From: Cyanophora paradoxa CCMP329
Taxonomy: Eukaryota; Plantae; Glaucophyta
Reading direction: 5' to 3'
Length of the DNA stretch: 35,499 nucleotides
NCBI GenBank assembly: GCA_004431415.1
Contig: QPMI01000639.1
Span: 1-35,499, forward strand
Shown here: one piece after another, positions 8,577 to 20,409 of the stretch
How the letters are laid out: the number at the start of each line of letters is the position of its first letter
Numbering within the stretch: the first letter of the stretch is position 1
Program-made: the position numbers and the translations under genes
The notes under the pieces: generated by a model
The model's database searches: none
The model's input: the letters and a program-made list of their open reading frames with translations, nothing else
Told to the model about the DNA's origin: nothing

Positions 8577-9656
8577 GCCGCAGAAGTGCTGGCGATCGCG
8601 GACTGCGACGGGAACACGCCGCTCCACTACGCCGCCCGCGCGGGGGCCTCCGATCGCGAGGCCAGTACAGTGGCTCATGCTCGTGATCACTGGCCGAGCC
8701 TGCGCTCTTTTCGCGCTCTTATTATGAGGCGTCACAGGTCGTCGCGTGCATGCTGCGCGCCGGAGCGCCTGCAGGCACGGCGCGGGACGCGGCGGGGCGC
8801 ACGGCGGCCGAGGTTTCCCCGCCTACTGTCCGCGCTTTCATCGAGCGTGCGTGTCTGCCCATGGCCGGTGTATGCGCGGCGTGGGGGCACTGGATGCTCT
8901 GGCCCGCGCGCAGGGTTCGTGGAGACGGGAAGATGGAGCGGCACGTGGGCCGCCTGGACGAGCTGCCGGCGCCGGCCGCGCACAGCTGCGAGGAGCCGGG
9001 GCCCGAGGAGCCGGCGATCGAGGCGGGGGCCGGGGCCGGGGCGGCGGAGGCGAGCGACGCCGAGGACGACCTCCGACCCGCAAAGCGGCCCAGGGTCCGC
9101 CTCGAGCTTCTTCCTCGCGATCGCTGCGTATTCATCGCTTGTTCCGTTCGAGCTGACGGCGGCACATGCACAGCAGCGGGAAGAGGCGACCGAGGAGGGC
9201 GAGGCGGGGGCGCGGCGGCGCTCGGGGCGGGCGTCAAGGGCGCGGGGGATGAGCTTCGCGGAAGAGGCGTCCGAGGCGGGCGAGTCGGCGGCGGCGGCGG
9301 AGGAGGAGGAGGAGGAGGAGGATGAGCCGGACGCGGGGCCGGCGCCAGCAGGGCGCTCGTCGGGGGAGGAGGAGAGGGCGGAAGAGGAGGAGGCGGTGCG
9401 GGGCGCGCGTCGCGCGCGGCGGCGGGCGACCGGCGGACGGGCAACGGCCCCGCGGCCGGCGAAGGCGAAGGCGAAGCGGGGTCGCGGCCAGATGCAGAGC
9501 GGCGGCGACGAGCCGGCGGGCACGAGCTCGAGCTCGAGCTCGCAGCCACGGCCACGCTCCTCGGACCCCGAGCTCGAGGGCGCGGAGACAGTGGCCGCGG
9601 TGACGGCGCCCCGGCGCTCCGCGCGCCGGCGCTTCAACAGCAGCGGCGGAAAGTGA
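8577..9656 (+). CDS. 3' exons of a host ankyrin-repeat protein with an acidic/low-complexity tail; 5' part not in the window
   Basis: Acceptor TGCAG at 8572-8576. Exon 8577-8660 reads AAEVLAIADCDGNTPLHYAARAGASDRE, followed by a GC-AG intron 8661-8737 and exon 8738-8812 VVACMLRAGAPAGTARDAAGRTAAE (ankyrin consensus). Later exon boundaries are uncertain; TGA at 9654-9656. Confidence 0.6.
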   Translation, partial: AAEVLAIADCDGNTPLHYAARAGASDREASTVAHARDHWPSLRSFRALIMRRHRSSRACCAPERLQARRGTRRGARRPRFPRLLSALSSSVRVCPWPVYARRGGTGCSGPRAGFVETGRWSGTWAAWTSCRRRPRTAARSRGPRSRRSRRGPGPGRRRRATPRTTSDPQSGPGSASSFFLAIAAYSSLVPFELTAAHAQQREEATEEGEAGARRRSGRASRARGMSFAEEASEAGESAAAAEEEEEEEDEPDAGPAPAGRSSGEEERAEEEEAVRGARRARRRATGGRATAPRPAKAKAKRGRGQMQSGGDEPAGTSSSSSSQPRPRSSDPELEGAETVAAVTAPRRSARRRFNSSGGK

Positions 9657-10029
9657 TCACGACGGTCGCGCCTCCTCGAATCTCAGAATCCTGCATTGGA
9701 TTCATTTCCCCATTTGCATATCACGACGCGATCGAGCTGTGTTTCTCAAACGAACAACCAGTTACACTCAAACCATGGCCACTCAAGCTTCGATATCTGG
9801 TGCCACCAGGGGCTTCCAGGTGGGGTCGGGGCCGGGCGGTCGGAGGGCAGAGAGGCCGGGGGGCGTGGGAGGTGGGGGAGAGGCCAGGGATTCCGAGCGT
9901 TTTCGCGTGATTTCGATTCAATTTTGCAGCTGGCGCGGGGGGCAAAAACATTTGGCCGCGGGTAAGGGGGGGGCGGGAGAGGGGCCGGGAACTCTAGGCC
10001 CCAGCCCGCGGCCGGCGGGAAACCGCAGC

Positions 10030-10152
10030 TCATCATGATCATGATCGATATCATTATCATGAGGTGCGAGATCATGACAGTGATCAAGATGAGCTGCAGT
10101 CGATCATCGGCTGGGGAATAACTTGTAAGGTCATGATCATCAGCTGATCATG
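10030..10152. repeat. TCATGA/TGATCA-rich low-complexity tract between convergent gene 3' ends
   Basis: Dense overlapping CATGATCATGATC words; similar words at 7080-7215, 10312-10326 and 28258-28277. Confidence 0.55.
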
Positions 10153-10420
10153 GTTCGAAATCGACCTTTCTGTGCGCAGTGACCCTCTCTCAAATTCTCA
10201 AAGACCGTTAAAGCATCAACGCATGCGCATTAGGCCTCGGGCAGCCCCTCCCCACTCGTCACGCCATTCTTTTTTAATTTCTTTGACTTCTGCCCCATGC
10301 GAGAACATCGCTCATGATCATGATCGAGCGAACCCCAAATCGCATATGCATTTTCCACAAGCGCATCCGCGCAGCAGTAACGATTCGGTTAATTTCTCGA
10401 ACCCGACATAGGCGTCGGCG

Positions 10421-11763
10421 CTATCCGAGCGAATTTGAGTTCATGCTGCTCGCGAGGAGGCCCGGCGCGGGGTCATGGTCAGCCGTGCGACGCGGGCGAG
10501 CGGGGGCGGCGGGGCCACCTGGAGAGGAGGCGGAAGAGGTGGGCCTTGATGCTCTCCGTCGCCTCGATCACCTGCCGCGGCGCGCGCCTCAGCGCGGCGC
10601 CGGTGCTGGCGCGGGGGGCGGGGGCGGCGGGGGTGGGGCCCGCCTCCGGGGGCAGCATCAGGAACATGAAGAGCGTCCTGTGGGGGGCCGGCGAGGGGCG
10701 CCCGGTCAGGACGCGGCCGGCGAGGCCCGGAGCTGCGCGAGGCGGCGGCGGGTCCGGGCGGGCGGACCGGCGGCTCTCGTCGGTGAGGGTCCCGATGATG
10801 CGCCGGAACACGAACAGGTACCTATGACGGGCCGAGCCGTGAGCAGGGAATGGCCGGGGCCGGGGGCGGGGCGGGGCGCGCTCGAGGAGGAGGAGGGCGA
10901 CGACGGCGGCGAACATGGCCGTCTGGAGGGCGAGGAAGGCCTCCAGGCGCAGCGTCGCCTCCTGCGCATGCCCCCTCCGGCGTCAAGCGCGGCGGGGCGG
11001 GGCGAGGCGGGCGGGGCTCAGGGGCGCGCCTCGACGAAGAGGTCGGCGAGGCGCTGGAGGCCCGGCTGCAGCGGGCCCTTGATCGCCCCTCCACCGCCTG
11101 CGCCGCCTCCGACCCGGGGCCACGTGCCCCTGCGCCGAGCACGAGCGTAGGCGGGGCGCAGTGCGGGGCGCGGGGCGGGGCTGCGGGGCGGGCGGACGGG
11201 GCGGGAGGCGTGGAGGACGCGTGCCTCCTCGAGGAAGCGCAGCAGCTGCGCCTGCAGGCCCTCGCCTGAGCCCCCGCCCGCCCCGGCCCCCGCCCCCTCC
11301 GACCCGAACAGCAGCCTGCCGGCGTGCAGCCATACACATCAGCCGGGGGAGCCGCCGCGGGGCGGGGCGGGGAGGGGGCCCGGACCGGTCGGCGGGGTGG
11401 TAGCGGTGGATGGCCCCGTTGAGGTGCGCCGAGCGGTTCCCGAAGAGGAGCGACCGGTGGACCCGCTCCAGCTGCGCGCCCCGCCCCGCCCCGCCCGTGA
11501 GCCGCAGGGCCGGGGGCGGGCGGGTGGCGGGACAGGGCGGACGCGGTCGATAGAGTGGCCGAGCATGGCGCGCTGCTCGGCGTAGTCCCCCGCCCCCAGC
11601 GCCAGCTGCGATGCGAGTTTCACGGGAGAAGGTCTCTGAGAGCGCCGAGCGGGCGGCGGGGGGGCCGGGCCTCGCGGGCGTGGAAGGCGACGCGGACGGG
11701 GAGGGAGCGCAGCAGCCCCGCGAAGTTCCTGCGCCCGGGGCGAGCCGCTCGGAGGCGGGGGGC

Positions 11764-11796
<33 letters not shown>

Positions 11797-14700
11797 ATGG
11801 GGCGGCGACGCACCGCTCCGTGCTGAAGGTCTCTGCGGGATCGGCGGGCAGGGGGCGCAATCAGAAGAAAGCAAGACGCGGTTCGGGGCAGGGGTGCGGC
11901 ACCGCAGGAGGTGCTCGTCTCGAAGCCGACGGCGAACCAGACGAGGAAGAGGGCCCAGAGCAGCAGGAACGCCCCCGCGTACTGCGCCCCACGCCCGCCC
12001 CTCAGCCCCGGCCTCGGCGGCGCCCGGGCCGGCAGGGCGGGGCGGGGCCGGGGCGGGCCTGGAGGGTGACGGGGTCGGCCTCGCCGAAGCGGAGGAGGCG
12101 CGCCGCGCCCGCCGCCCCAGCCGCCCCGCCCCCGCCAGCCCGCCCCGCCCCGCCCACGCCGAAGCCGGGGCCGAGGCCGCCGCGGGGGCGGGCGGGCCGG
12201 GCCCGGCGCCTGCGCCGCGGGCCGCCTCGAGGTCGGGCTTCGCGTCGCCGGCCGGGGCCGGGGCCCCCTTGAGGAGGCTCGAGCGGCGGCGGCGCCGGTC
12301 CCGGCCCTCCCGCTCGCGCTCGCCGGCCGCGTCGGCCGCCTCTGCCACCGCCGCGCGGCGCCGCGTGAGGGGGCGCGGCGCGGCCAAAGAGAAGGCCGGG
12401 GCGGGGCGGGGCGGGGCACCGAGCTCGAGGTCGTCGAAGTCGGCGAGGGAGTCCCCCCCGTCGCTGCCGCCGGCCCTCAGCCCTCGAATTCGAACGCGGC
12501 GGGGGGGCGGGTGCGCGCCTGCCGGCCTCGCTCTCGTTGGCGGCGCTCGGGTCCTGGCCCCGCCGGCCCCGCCGCGCCAGGCGCTTCGCCGACGCCCGCG
12601 GGATGTCCCGGAAGAGACCTGGGGGGGCCACGGATAAGGCGCGAAGAGGGCGAGGAGGGGCGCTTCATTTGGAGGAGAGCTCGAGGGCGGGTCGGACCGA
12701 GGGCGTGGCTCTTCTCGCGCTGCACCGTCGCCACCGTCGGCCTGAAGAAGCCTGCGGCGAGATCGAAGTCGAAGCGTCGGCGACTTGAAGCGGAGGGCGC
12801 CGGGGCGGGGACGGACCGAAGGCGAGGACGAGGAGGAGGCCCGTCACCGACGCGAACATCGCCTGCCGCGGAGGGCGCGCTCGCTCGGGCGCCGGACGAC
12901 ACACGGCCGCCGCGCGAGAGCCGCACGATGAGGAAGACGCGGATGTTGAGGAAGGACTTGTACGCGCGCTCGTCCACGAGCGCCGTCGCCGCGTTGAACG
13001 CGTCGTACAGCCGCGGCCCTGCGCGAGAGGCCAGCTCACAATCAGCCCGGCAGAGCGTCGAGGGTTCCCATTCTTGCCCCCCATTAGATTATTTAAAATT
13101 TTAGGGAGGTGCCGGGGCGGGGGGACCGTTCTCGCGGAGGAAGAAGAGCTCGCGCTGGGCGTGGCTCGCGTTGCGCAGCGCGGCCAGCGGCGCCCGCGCC
13201 ACCCGCCGCCCGTTCGAGACCAGCTGCAGCCCCGCGACCCACAGCGGCTCCACCACCTGCCGCGGCGCAAGCTCAACGATCGCGAGCAGAACAAAAAGCG
13301 GCGCCGCAGAAGACATCAGAGCGGCGCACGTCGGCGACCTCGCCCTCGTCGTTCTTGAAGATGCGGAGGCCCGTGGAGGGGCTCGAGTCCATCTCCAGCC
13401 GCGCCCCTGCGCCCCGCCCGCCCGCCGCCGCCGGCCCGCCTCGGATGCGGGTCTGGGCTCGAAGCGGAGCGCCGGGGGGCGGGCGGACCGCCGGCGTGGA
13501 CGGAGAGGTGCCGCGCCTCGAGCTCGTCCGCCGCCGCCGCCAGCGCCTCCCGCGCCCTGCCGCTCCCTCGACTCGCGCCGCTCCGGGCGGGGCCGGGCGG
13601 GGCGCACCGTCCCTCGAGGGTGCCCGCGGCGTCGAAGGGGAGGACGCCGGCCAGCAGCAGGCTCTGCCCCGGCCCCCGCTCAGGGGCGGCCCCGGCGGGC
13701 TTGTCGGGGGCCTCGATCTCGGGCTCGCCTGGGCGTTGAGGGCGAGGAGGACGGCGTTCTTGCGGCGCGAGCCCGAGGCCCCCGTCTGCTTGATCCCCTG
13801 CAAGCAGCCGCCCCGAGGCCAAGTCAGTCCCCCGCCAGAGGCTCGGGGCGGGGCGGGGCGGGGCGGGGCGGGGCGGGCCTGCTCGTAGTCGCGGACGAGG
13901 TCGCCGACGACGACGAAGGCGGCGACGGCGAGCGCGAAGACGGCCACCAGCACCGCCACCACAGTCTGCCCCGGCCCCGGCCTCGGCAGGGGGCGGGGCC
14001 GGGGGGCAGGGAGGTGTGCGCACGCGCTTCATGCGGCGGATGGAGGCGTCGTGGGCGAGGGCCGTCCCCTGCAGCCGCCGCTTCACCTTCACCCACCGCC
14101 GCTCCCGCCGCCCCCGTTCCTGCTCCGAGTACCCCTCGCCCCGCTCCCCATCCTCGAGCTCCTCCCCGCCGCTCCCGCCCCCGGCCCCGGCCGGCCCCTC
14201 CCGAGCCGCCGAGGCGCGACCGGGGGCGGCGGCCTCGAGCTGGGGCGCGGGGCGGCGGGGCCCGCGGGCTGCAGGGGGTACGCGTCCAGGTCAAGGATGC
14301 GGGCGAGGGCCGCCAGCCCGGAGGCCCCCTCCCCCTCCCCCTCCCCCTCCCCCTCGTCTTTGTGCTTCGACGCGGACGGGCCGGCCTCGGCGTCGGCGTC
14401 GCCGGCGGGGGCGCCCCAGGCGGCGCGCGCCCCCGACATCGGCGCCGACATCGACATCGACGAGGAAGGCGCGACGGGGTCGATGGGGACGAAGACGGGC
14501 CCGCGGGCCGCGAGCGCGAGCGCCGGGGCGGCGCCCGTGTCCCACGAGAGGCGCGCGCGGGGCTGCGAGCTCGACCGCGAGCGCGCGCCCCGCGCCTTCC
14601 CGATCGCGAGCGCCCGCTCGAGCTCGGCCTCCGACGCCGGCTCCGAGTCCTCGGGGTCGGGGCCCAGGCTCGTCCGCGGCTCCGCATCCGCCGCCGCCGC

Positions 14701-17700
14701 CGCCGGCTCCTCGCGATCGCGATCGTGGTCGGGTGCCTCCTCCTCGCCCCCCTCGGCCCCCGCCGCCGCGGACGCGTCGCGCCGCGTCTGCGCCCGGCCC
14801 CGTGAGTGCCCCCCGAACGCGGAGTGCGCATCGGCATCGCCGCGGGCGCGGGCGCCGGCGCCGGGCACCTCGGCGAGAGAGCGGAGGCTGGCGGGCCCGC
14901 GGGCCTCGGCGGCCCAGGCGCCCGGCCGCGCGGAGGAGCGCCTGGCTCCCCCCGGGCCCTCCGCGGGGCCCATCACCGCCGCCGGCCCGTTCGACAGCGC
15001 GACCGATCGGGAGAGCCGCACGGAGCCCGTCGGGGCCGGTGCCACGGCTCCAGGGCCGGCGCCTGTTTCGCGCAGCTCAGCGCAAAGAACGGCCGGGTTA
15101 AGCTTGCGAAAGCGGAGAGCACCGCGGCCGCCGGAGGAGGCGCCGAACGAGCGCGGCGGCTGCGCGACGAAGGAGGGCAGGGCGCTCCCCGACCGCGAGC
15201 GCGGCGAGAGCCTGCGGGAGCGAGCCGCCCCCTGGTGAGCGAGCGGCGCGGGGCGAGCTCGAGCGCGACGGGGCCTGGGGGCGGGGGCGCACCCCGGGGA
15301 GTTGGAGAAGGCGGGGGAGTCGCGGCCCCCGGCCGCCTCGTACTTGGCCCTGCGGCGCCCGCCCCCGGCGTCAGGGCTCGAACACCCAGAATAATACGAG
15401 GTGCGGGGGCGGGGCTCACGAGGCGGGGCCGGGGCGGACGAGGCGGCGGGCGAAGAAGCCCAGGGCCGCCGAGGCGAGCAGCGAGGCCCGCCCGGGATGC
15501 CTGCGCGCCCCGCCGGCCTCAGCAAAATTCGGAGGAGGCGGCGGCGGGAGGGGCCGGCTGCCTGGGGCCGCTCCAGGAGAGCTGGGGGGAGCCTGCCCCG
15601 CCGAGGCCCAGCACGAGGCTGTTGCGGGAGGCGACGGAGGGGGCGTTGGGGTGCGAGCCCGGGGCCGGGCCCTCCCAGGCGCCCTCGCCCAGGGCCGGCC
15701 CCGCCGCCTCCGCCAGCCGCGCGTCCTGCCCGCCGCCGTCAGCGCACCGTGTGGGGCGCAGCGGGGGCGGGGCGGGGGCGACCTCGCAGGCGTCGGCCTG
15801 CTCGAAGAAGGACTGCGCCGCCGCCTCGTCGTTCAGCACCTGCCCCGGCACCGCACCCGGCGGGGCGCCCCAAGTTAGAGTCGAGCCCGAGATACGCGGA
15901 GGCGGGGTGCCGATCGGACCTCGGTCTGGAAGCGCCCGTAGGCCCGCAGGATGCGCGGGGCCCGGGGGTAGCGCGACAGCAGCGCCCTGCGCGGCCGCCC
16001 GCCGTCAGGCGGCGGACCCCCCGGGCGGGCGGGGCGGGGCGGGCCGGTAGTGGGCGTGGGCGCGGCGCTCGGCGGCGTCGACGCGGGCGAGGGTCGCCTC
16101 CAGCGCCCCCACGTCCACCTGCCCGCCCCGCCCCCGCGGTCGCCCTCGAGCGCCCAAGCTGGCGGGGCCGGCGGATGCGCACCTCGCCCTCGGCGGCCGC
16201 CAGCGTGCCCCAGAACTTGCGCACCGAGCGCACCGCCAGCCGGTGGTACCTGCCCCGCCGGCCCGTCAGCGCGCCGGAGGCTGGAAGGGGAGCGGGGCGG
16301 CGGGGGGCTGGGCGCGCTTCTTGGCCCCCGTGAGGTTCGACGTGTACTCGATGTGCGTGATCAGGTCCCGGCCCCCTTCCCCTGCGCGCGCCCCGGCCGC
16401 TCGAGGGCGGCGGGCGGGAGTCGGAGGGAAGCGGGAGAAGCACGGGGCGCACCGAGGTCCACGGCGTTGGCGGACTGCGCGGGAGGAGGCGGGGTGGGTG
16501 TGGGGGCACGAGACAAGCGAGGGGACGGAGGGGGGGGCGGGCGCACCTGCTGCCGCTCGAGGTCCTTCCGGTAGATGACGAACCTGCCGGCGGGTCTCGA
16601 AGACCGGCCCCGAGGCGAGCCCGGGGCGGGGGCGCGGCACCGGAGGTCAAAGCCGGGGTTGAGCTTCGCCGCCTGCCGCACCCGCGCGTGCCCTGTTCCG
16701 CCGCCGTCAGCGCGGGAGCGTCGGGCGCGAGCATGCGCGAAAAACAAAGGGCACCGAGCTCGGGGCTGCGCTTGAACGTGTAGCAGAACTGTGGGGCGCG
16801 CGTGAGGGGAGGCGGGGAAGGGGCGCGGGCGGGAGGCGGGGGGGCGGGCGGGCCTGGGCGTAGGCGAGGAGCGGGGCGGCGGAGGCGGGGAACTTTTCCA
16901 CGCCGGCCCGGTAGATCGCCTCCGCCACCTGCCCTCCCCAGGCTCAGCCGCCGCCTCCCGCGGCGTCCGGGGCGGGCGGGCACCTGCACGGCCTCCTCGT
17001 CCTCGGGCCCCGCCTCGTACACGAAGCGCGCCGCGATCTGGCCCCGCCCCGGCGCCTCAGCCCCGCTGGGCCGGGTCCAGGCGGGCCCCGCCGCCCTCGC
17101 CCAGCGGACCTCGACGTGGAGGGGCCGGCGGAGGGCGGCGACGGCGGCGGCCTCCCCCGTGCACATGCGCAGCCGGTAGCGCGCCCACGAGACCGCGCAG
17201 CCGGCGAGGAAGGCCGGCACCTGCCGGCGCGGGCTCGCGATCAGGAGGCGCTCTCCTCGAGCCGAGGGGCGCGGGCGCACGAGGCCGGCGAGAAGGGCCG
17301 CCTGGAGGGCCACCGGCGGGGCCCCCCGCATCTGCCGGCGCGGCCGCCCGCGCCTCAGCTCCGAGCTGGACGGTTGGGGGCGGGGCGGGGCGGGGCGGGG
17401 CGGGCCTGGGTGTCGAGGAAGCAGACGAAGGAGGCGTACGTGAACGCGAAGGCGAGGCCCGTCTGCAGCTGGTTGCTCCCCAGCCGGTGGTACCTGCCCC
17501 GCCCCCGGCCCCGCCTCACACGGCGCCGGTAATGCAATATGAGGGAGGGGCCGGGGGTCACGGGTAGAACTCGAGGAGGAGAAAGGCGTAGAGGGCGCCC
17601 GAGGCGACGAAAAGCACCGCGATCACCGGCCTGCCCCGCCCGGCGGTGAGCGGCGCGCCCAATTTGCAAGGGGCGGGCCGGGGCGGGGCGGCGGGGCGGG

Positions 17701-19540
17701 CACCGGGGGACGGCCTCGAGGTTGATGAGGACCGAGAGGAGCACGCTGCGGGGGAGCGCAGGCCTCAGGCGGAGGTCCCAAGAAAATAGGCGGGGAAGGG
17801 AGAGGGAGTGGGGGGGAGGGGGGGGGGGGGCGGGGGGGGGGGGTTGGGGGGGGTGCGCGGGGGGGAGCGGCCGCACTTGTTCACGAAGAAGAAAGCGTCC
17901 TGGAATCAGAGGGGCGGCGCGGGGGCGATCAGGGGCGCCCGCGGCCGGGGTACGGGAGAGCGAGACAGGCGAGGGGCGGCGGACCACGCGGGAGTGGGGC
18001 CGGCTGAAGTACTCCCTCTCGCCTGCGGGGCGGGGGCCAGATCAGACCGCGCAGGCGCCGAGGGCGCGGCGGGGGCGCGGCGGGCACCCTCGGGCCCGGT
18101 CTTGTAGTAGTCCGTCTCGAAGAAGAGGAGCTGGGGGCGGGGAGCGTGTCAGTCGCTGGGAGGGGGCGGTTGCTCGGGGCGGGGGCGGGGCGGGGGGCGC
18201 CTGGGCGGAGGCGGCGAAGGCGGTGAAGGCGGCGGAGAGGGCGGCCGCCACTACAAAGAGCGGCACGTGCCGCCCCTCCCAGCACCTGGGGTAGATCAGG
18301 CGCGGAGGCGAGCGCGGGGCGGGGCGCGGCGCGCGTGAGGTCGGCGGGGAAGTAGAGGTGCACGGCGGGGCTGGTCCCTGGCGCCGGGCAGTTGAAGACC
18401 GACGAGAAGACCGAGATCAGCGGCTGCGGAGGGAGCGGCGAGGTCATGCGCGGGGCGAGGGGGCACGGGGGCGGGGGGCGGGGCGGGCCATGTAGGCGAT
18501 GCCGACGACGTTGGAGACGGCGAAGCGGAGGAGGCGCAGCGGCAGCATGAAGCGGAAGTCCTGGTGCGCGAACGCTGCCGGCCAAGGTCAGGAGGACGCC
18601 CCGGGGCGGCGCCGCCGGCCGCGCGGGGCACCGTAGCCTGCGCCGGCCGACGTGAGAGGTCGGCCACGGGGGGTACGGATAGCCGGGGGGGGGGTACGGG
18701 GGCGGACCGACGTAGAAGGCGACGCCGAGGCAGGCGGCGACCACGGAGGCCGCCGTCCAGAAAACCGCCAGGTAGCTCCTGGGGTACGCAAGCGTGAGGG
18801 GGGTACGCGTGCGAGGGAGGTGGGGGGGGGGTACTGGAAGGAGAAGCTGGAGAGGCGGAAGGGCACGGCGAGGCGGATGATGCGGCGGGCCTCCTCGGCC
18901 TGGCGCGGGGTACGGGGTCAGGGCCGGGGACGGTACACAGCGGCGGAGGGGGGTACCCAGGCTATTCCGTCCCACGAGAAGAGCTGAAGCGGAAAGAAAA
19001 TGTACTGAATGGCGACGATGGCCTGCGGGGGGGTACATCGGCATATTTCACACGAGAAGGGGGTGCAGGTGCGCACCGTCTCCAGGATGGCCCACCGCAG
19101 TTTCCGCTCGGACCCCTTCTTCATGACCTGGGGTACGCGTTGCTTCGTCAAGGGGCAGGCTAGGGATTGCGTTACATGAAAAAAAGCCCACCGCAACGAC
19201 CCCGAAGACGGTCTGGCGCAGCAGAAGGGCGGCTCGTCAGGGGGGAACGTCGAACGGGAGCGGGGAGCGGGTGCGGGGTACGGGGCACCTCCTGGACGAG
19301 GCGGGCGACCTCGCCGAGGCCGAAGAGGGCCGACGAGGCGGTCGAGCTCGAGGCCTGCGCCGAGCTCTCATCCCCCCCGCTCGCCACTGCGCATGCCCGC
19401 CCCGGGGGCCGGGGCGTGAACGTGAGCCCGCGCCCGCGCGCGCGCGGGTCGCGAGAGGGGAGGAGGACACCGGAGCCGGCGCCGGAGATGCTGCCCCGCG
19501 CGTGCGGCGGGCGGCCGCGAACGGACCCCGAGCGGTGCAT
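10421..19540 (-). CDS. Large multi-exon TmcB/TmcC-like (tiny macrocysts family) multipass membrane protein
   Basis: Spliced fragments: N-terminal TM block (AIVAIQYIFFPLQLFSWDG, YLAVFWTAASVVAACLGVAFYV, PLISVFSSVFNC); TPR-like block AEAIYRAGVEKFPASA..LLAYAQFCYTFK / RQAAKLNPGFDLRFVIYRKDLER / IEYTSNLTGAKKYHRLAVRSVRKFWGTL / VLNDEAAAQSFFEQAD; later TM blocks; FFRPTVATVQREK..LFRDIPR; C-terminal FRRIIGTLTDESRR..RTLFMFLMLPPEVIEATESIKAHL. Start (19540) and stop (10421) are best estimates. Confidence 0.7.
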
Positions 19541-20409
19541 GGCCGCGTCGACCGCGTGGCACAGAGCTCGAGGAGCTGCCTTGGGGGGCTCGGGCCCAGC
19601 GGCGCTCAGCGGGCGCGCGCCGACCTCGGCGGCCTTCCTGCGCTTTTGTGCTGGTCCGGCCGCGAGCGCGCGCCCCCGCCGCACCGCGCCCGCCGGCGCC
19701 CGCCGCCCGCTGTGTGCGCACGCGCTCTTCTCTCGCGCGCCTCTCCGCTCGAAGGCCCGCTCGAAGGACCGCGAACTAATATCGATACAAAAGCCGGTGC
19801 CGGCGGCTGAAGGCCCAGACGCTGCCAGGCGGGCGGCCGTCTGACCCCGAATCGGCGCTCGACCTCCGAGCCCGGCCCTGTGCTTCCAGCTCGCGCGCCG
19901 GGGGCGGGCCTGGGCCGTGCGCTGCAGCCTGCAGGTAGATGTTTCACGAGCCTGACGACCGGCCTAGGCCGCTGGTCCAGCACGCGCACAGCCGCGCGGA
20001 CGGGCGCGCGCGCGCGCGGCCGGCTCCGCGTACGGCTGGATGCGGTACAGCTAGTGACGCGTTGCAGCTAGCTATAGCTGCACCGCTGGTGCGCGGGCTG
20101 GTAGCCTGGTGGAGGCTGGTGCGCCGGCTCCTCGCCGCGCTTGCGCCGCGCTGCGACAATGATGACCTGCAAAAAAAACGTTCGGGTTCGGATCCCTGTG
20201 GTTCTCCTAGCTTCGTTCGCTCAACCTGAAACGTTGTGATTGATGGCGCGCCTCTCCGCTTCGCGGCCCGGGCGCGCGCCGACGCGAGCTCTCGTCAGTT
20301 TCGACTTGAGGCTCTTGTGCGGCGATCGGGAGCTCGCAGTAACGAGGAGCGGCCTCCAGCGCGACGAACCTGCGGCAGCGCGACCGAGACAGCCCGGGCA
20401 GCCGCAGCA

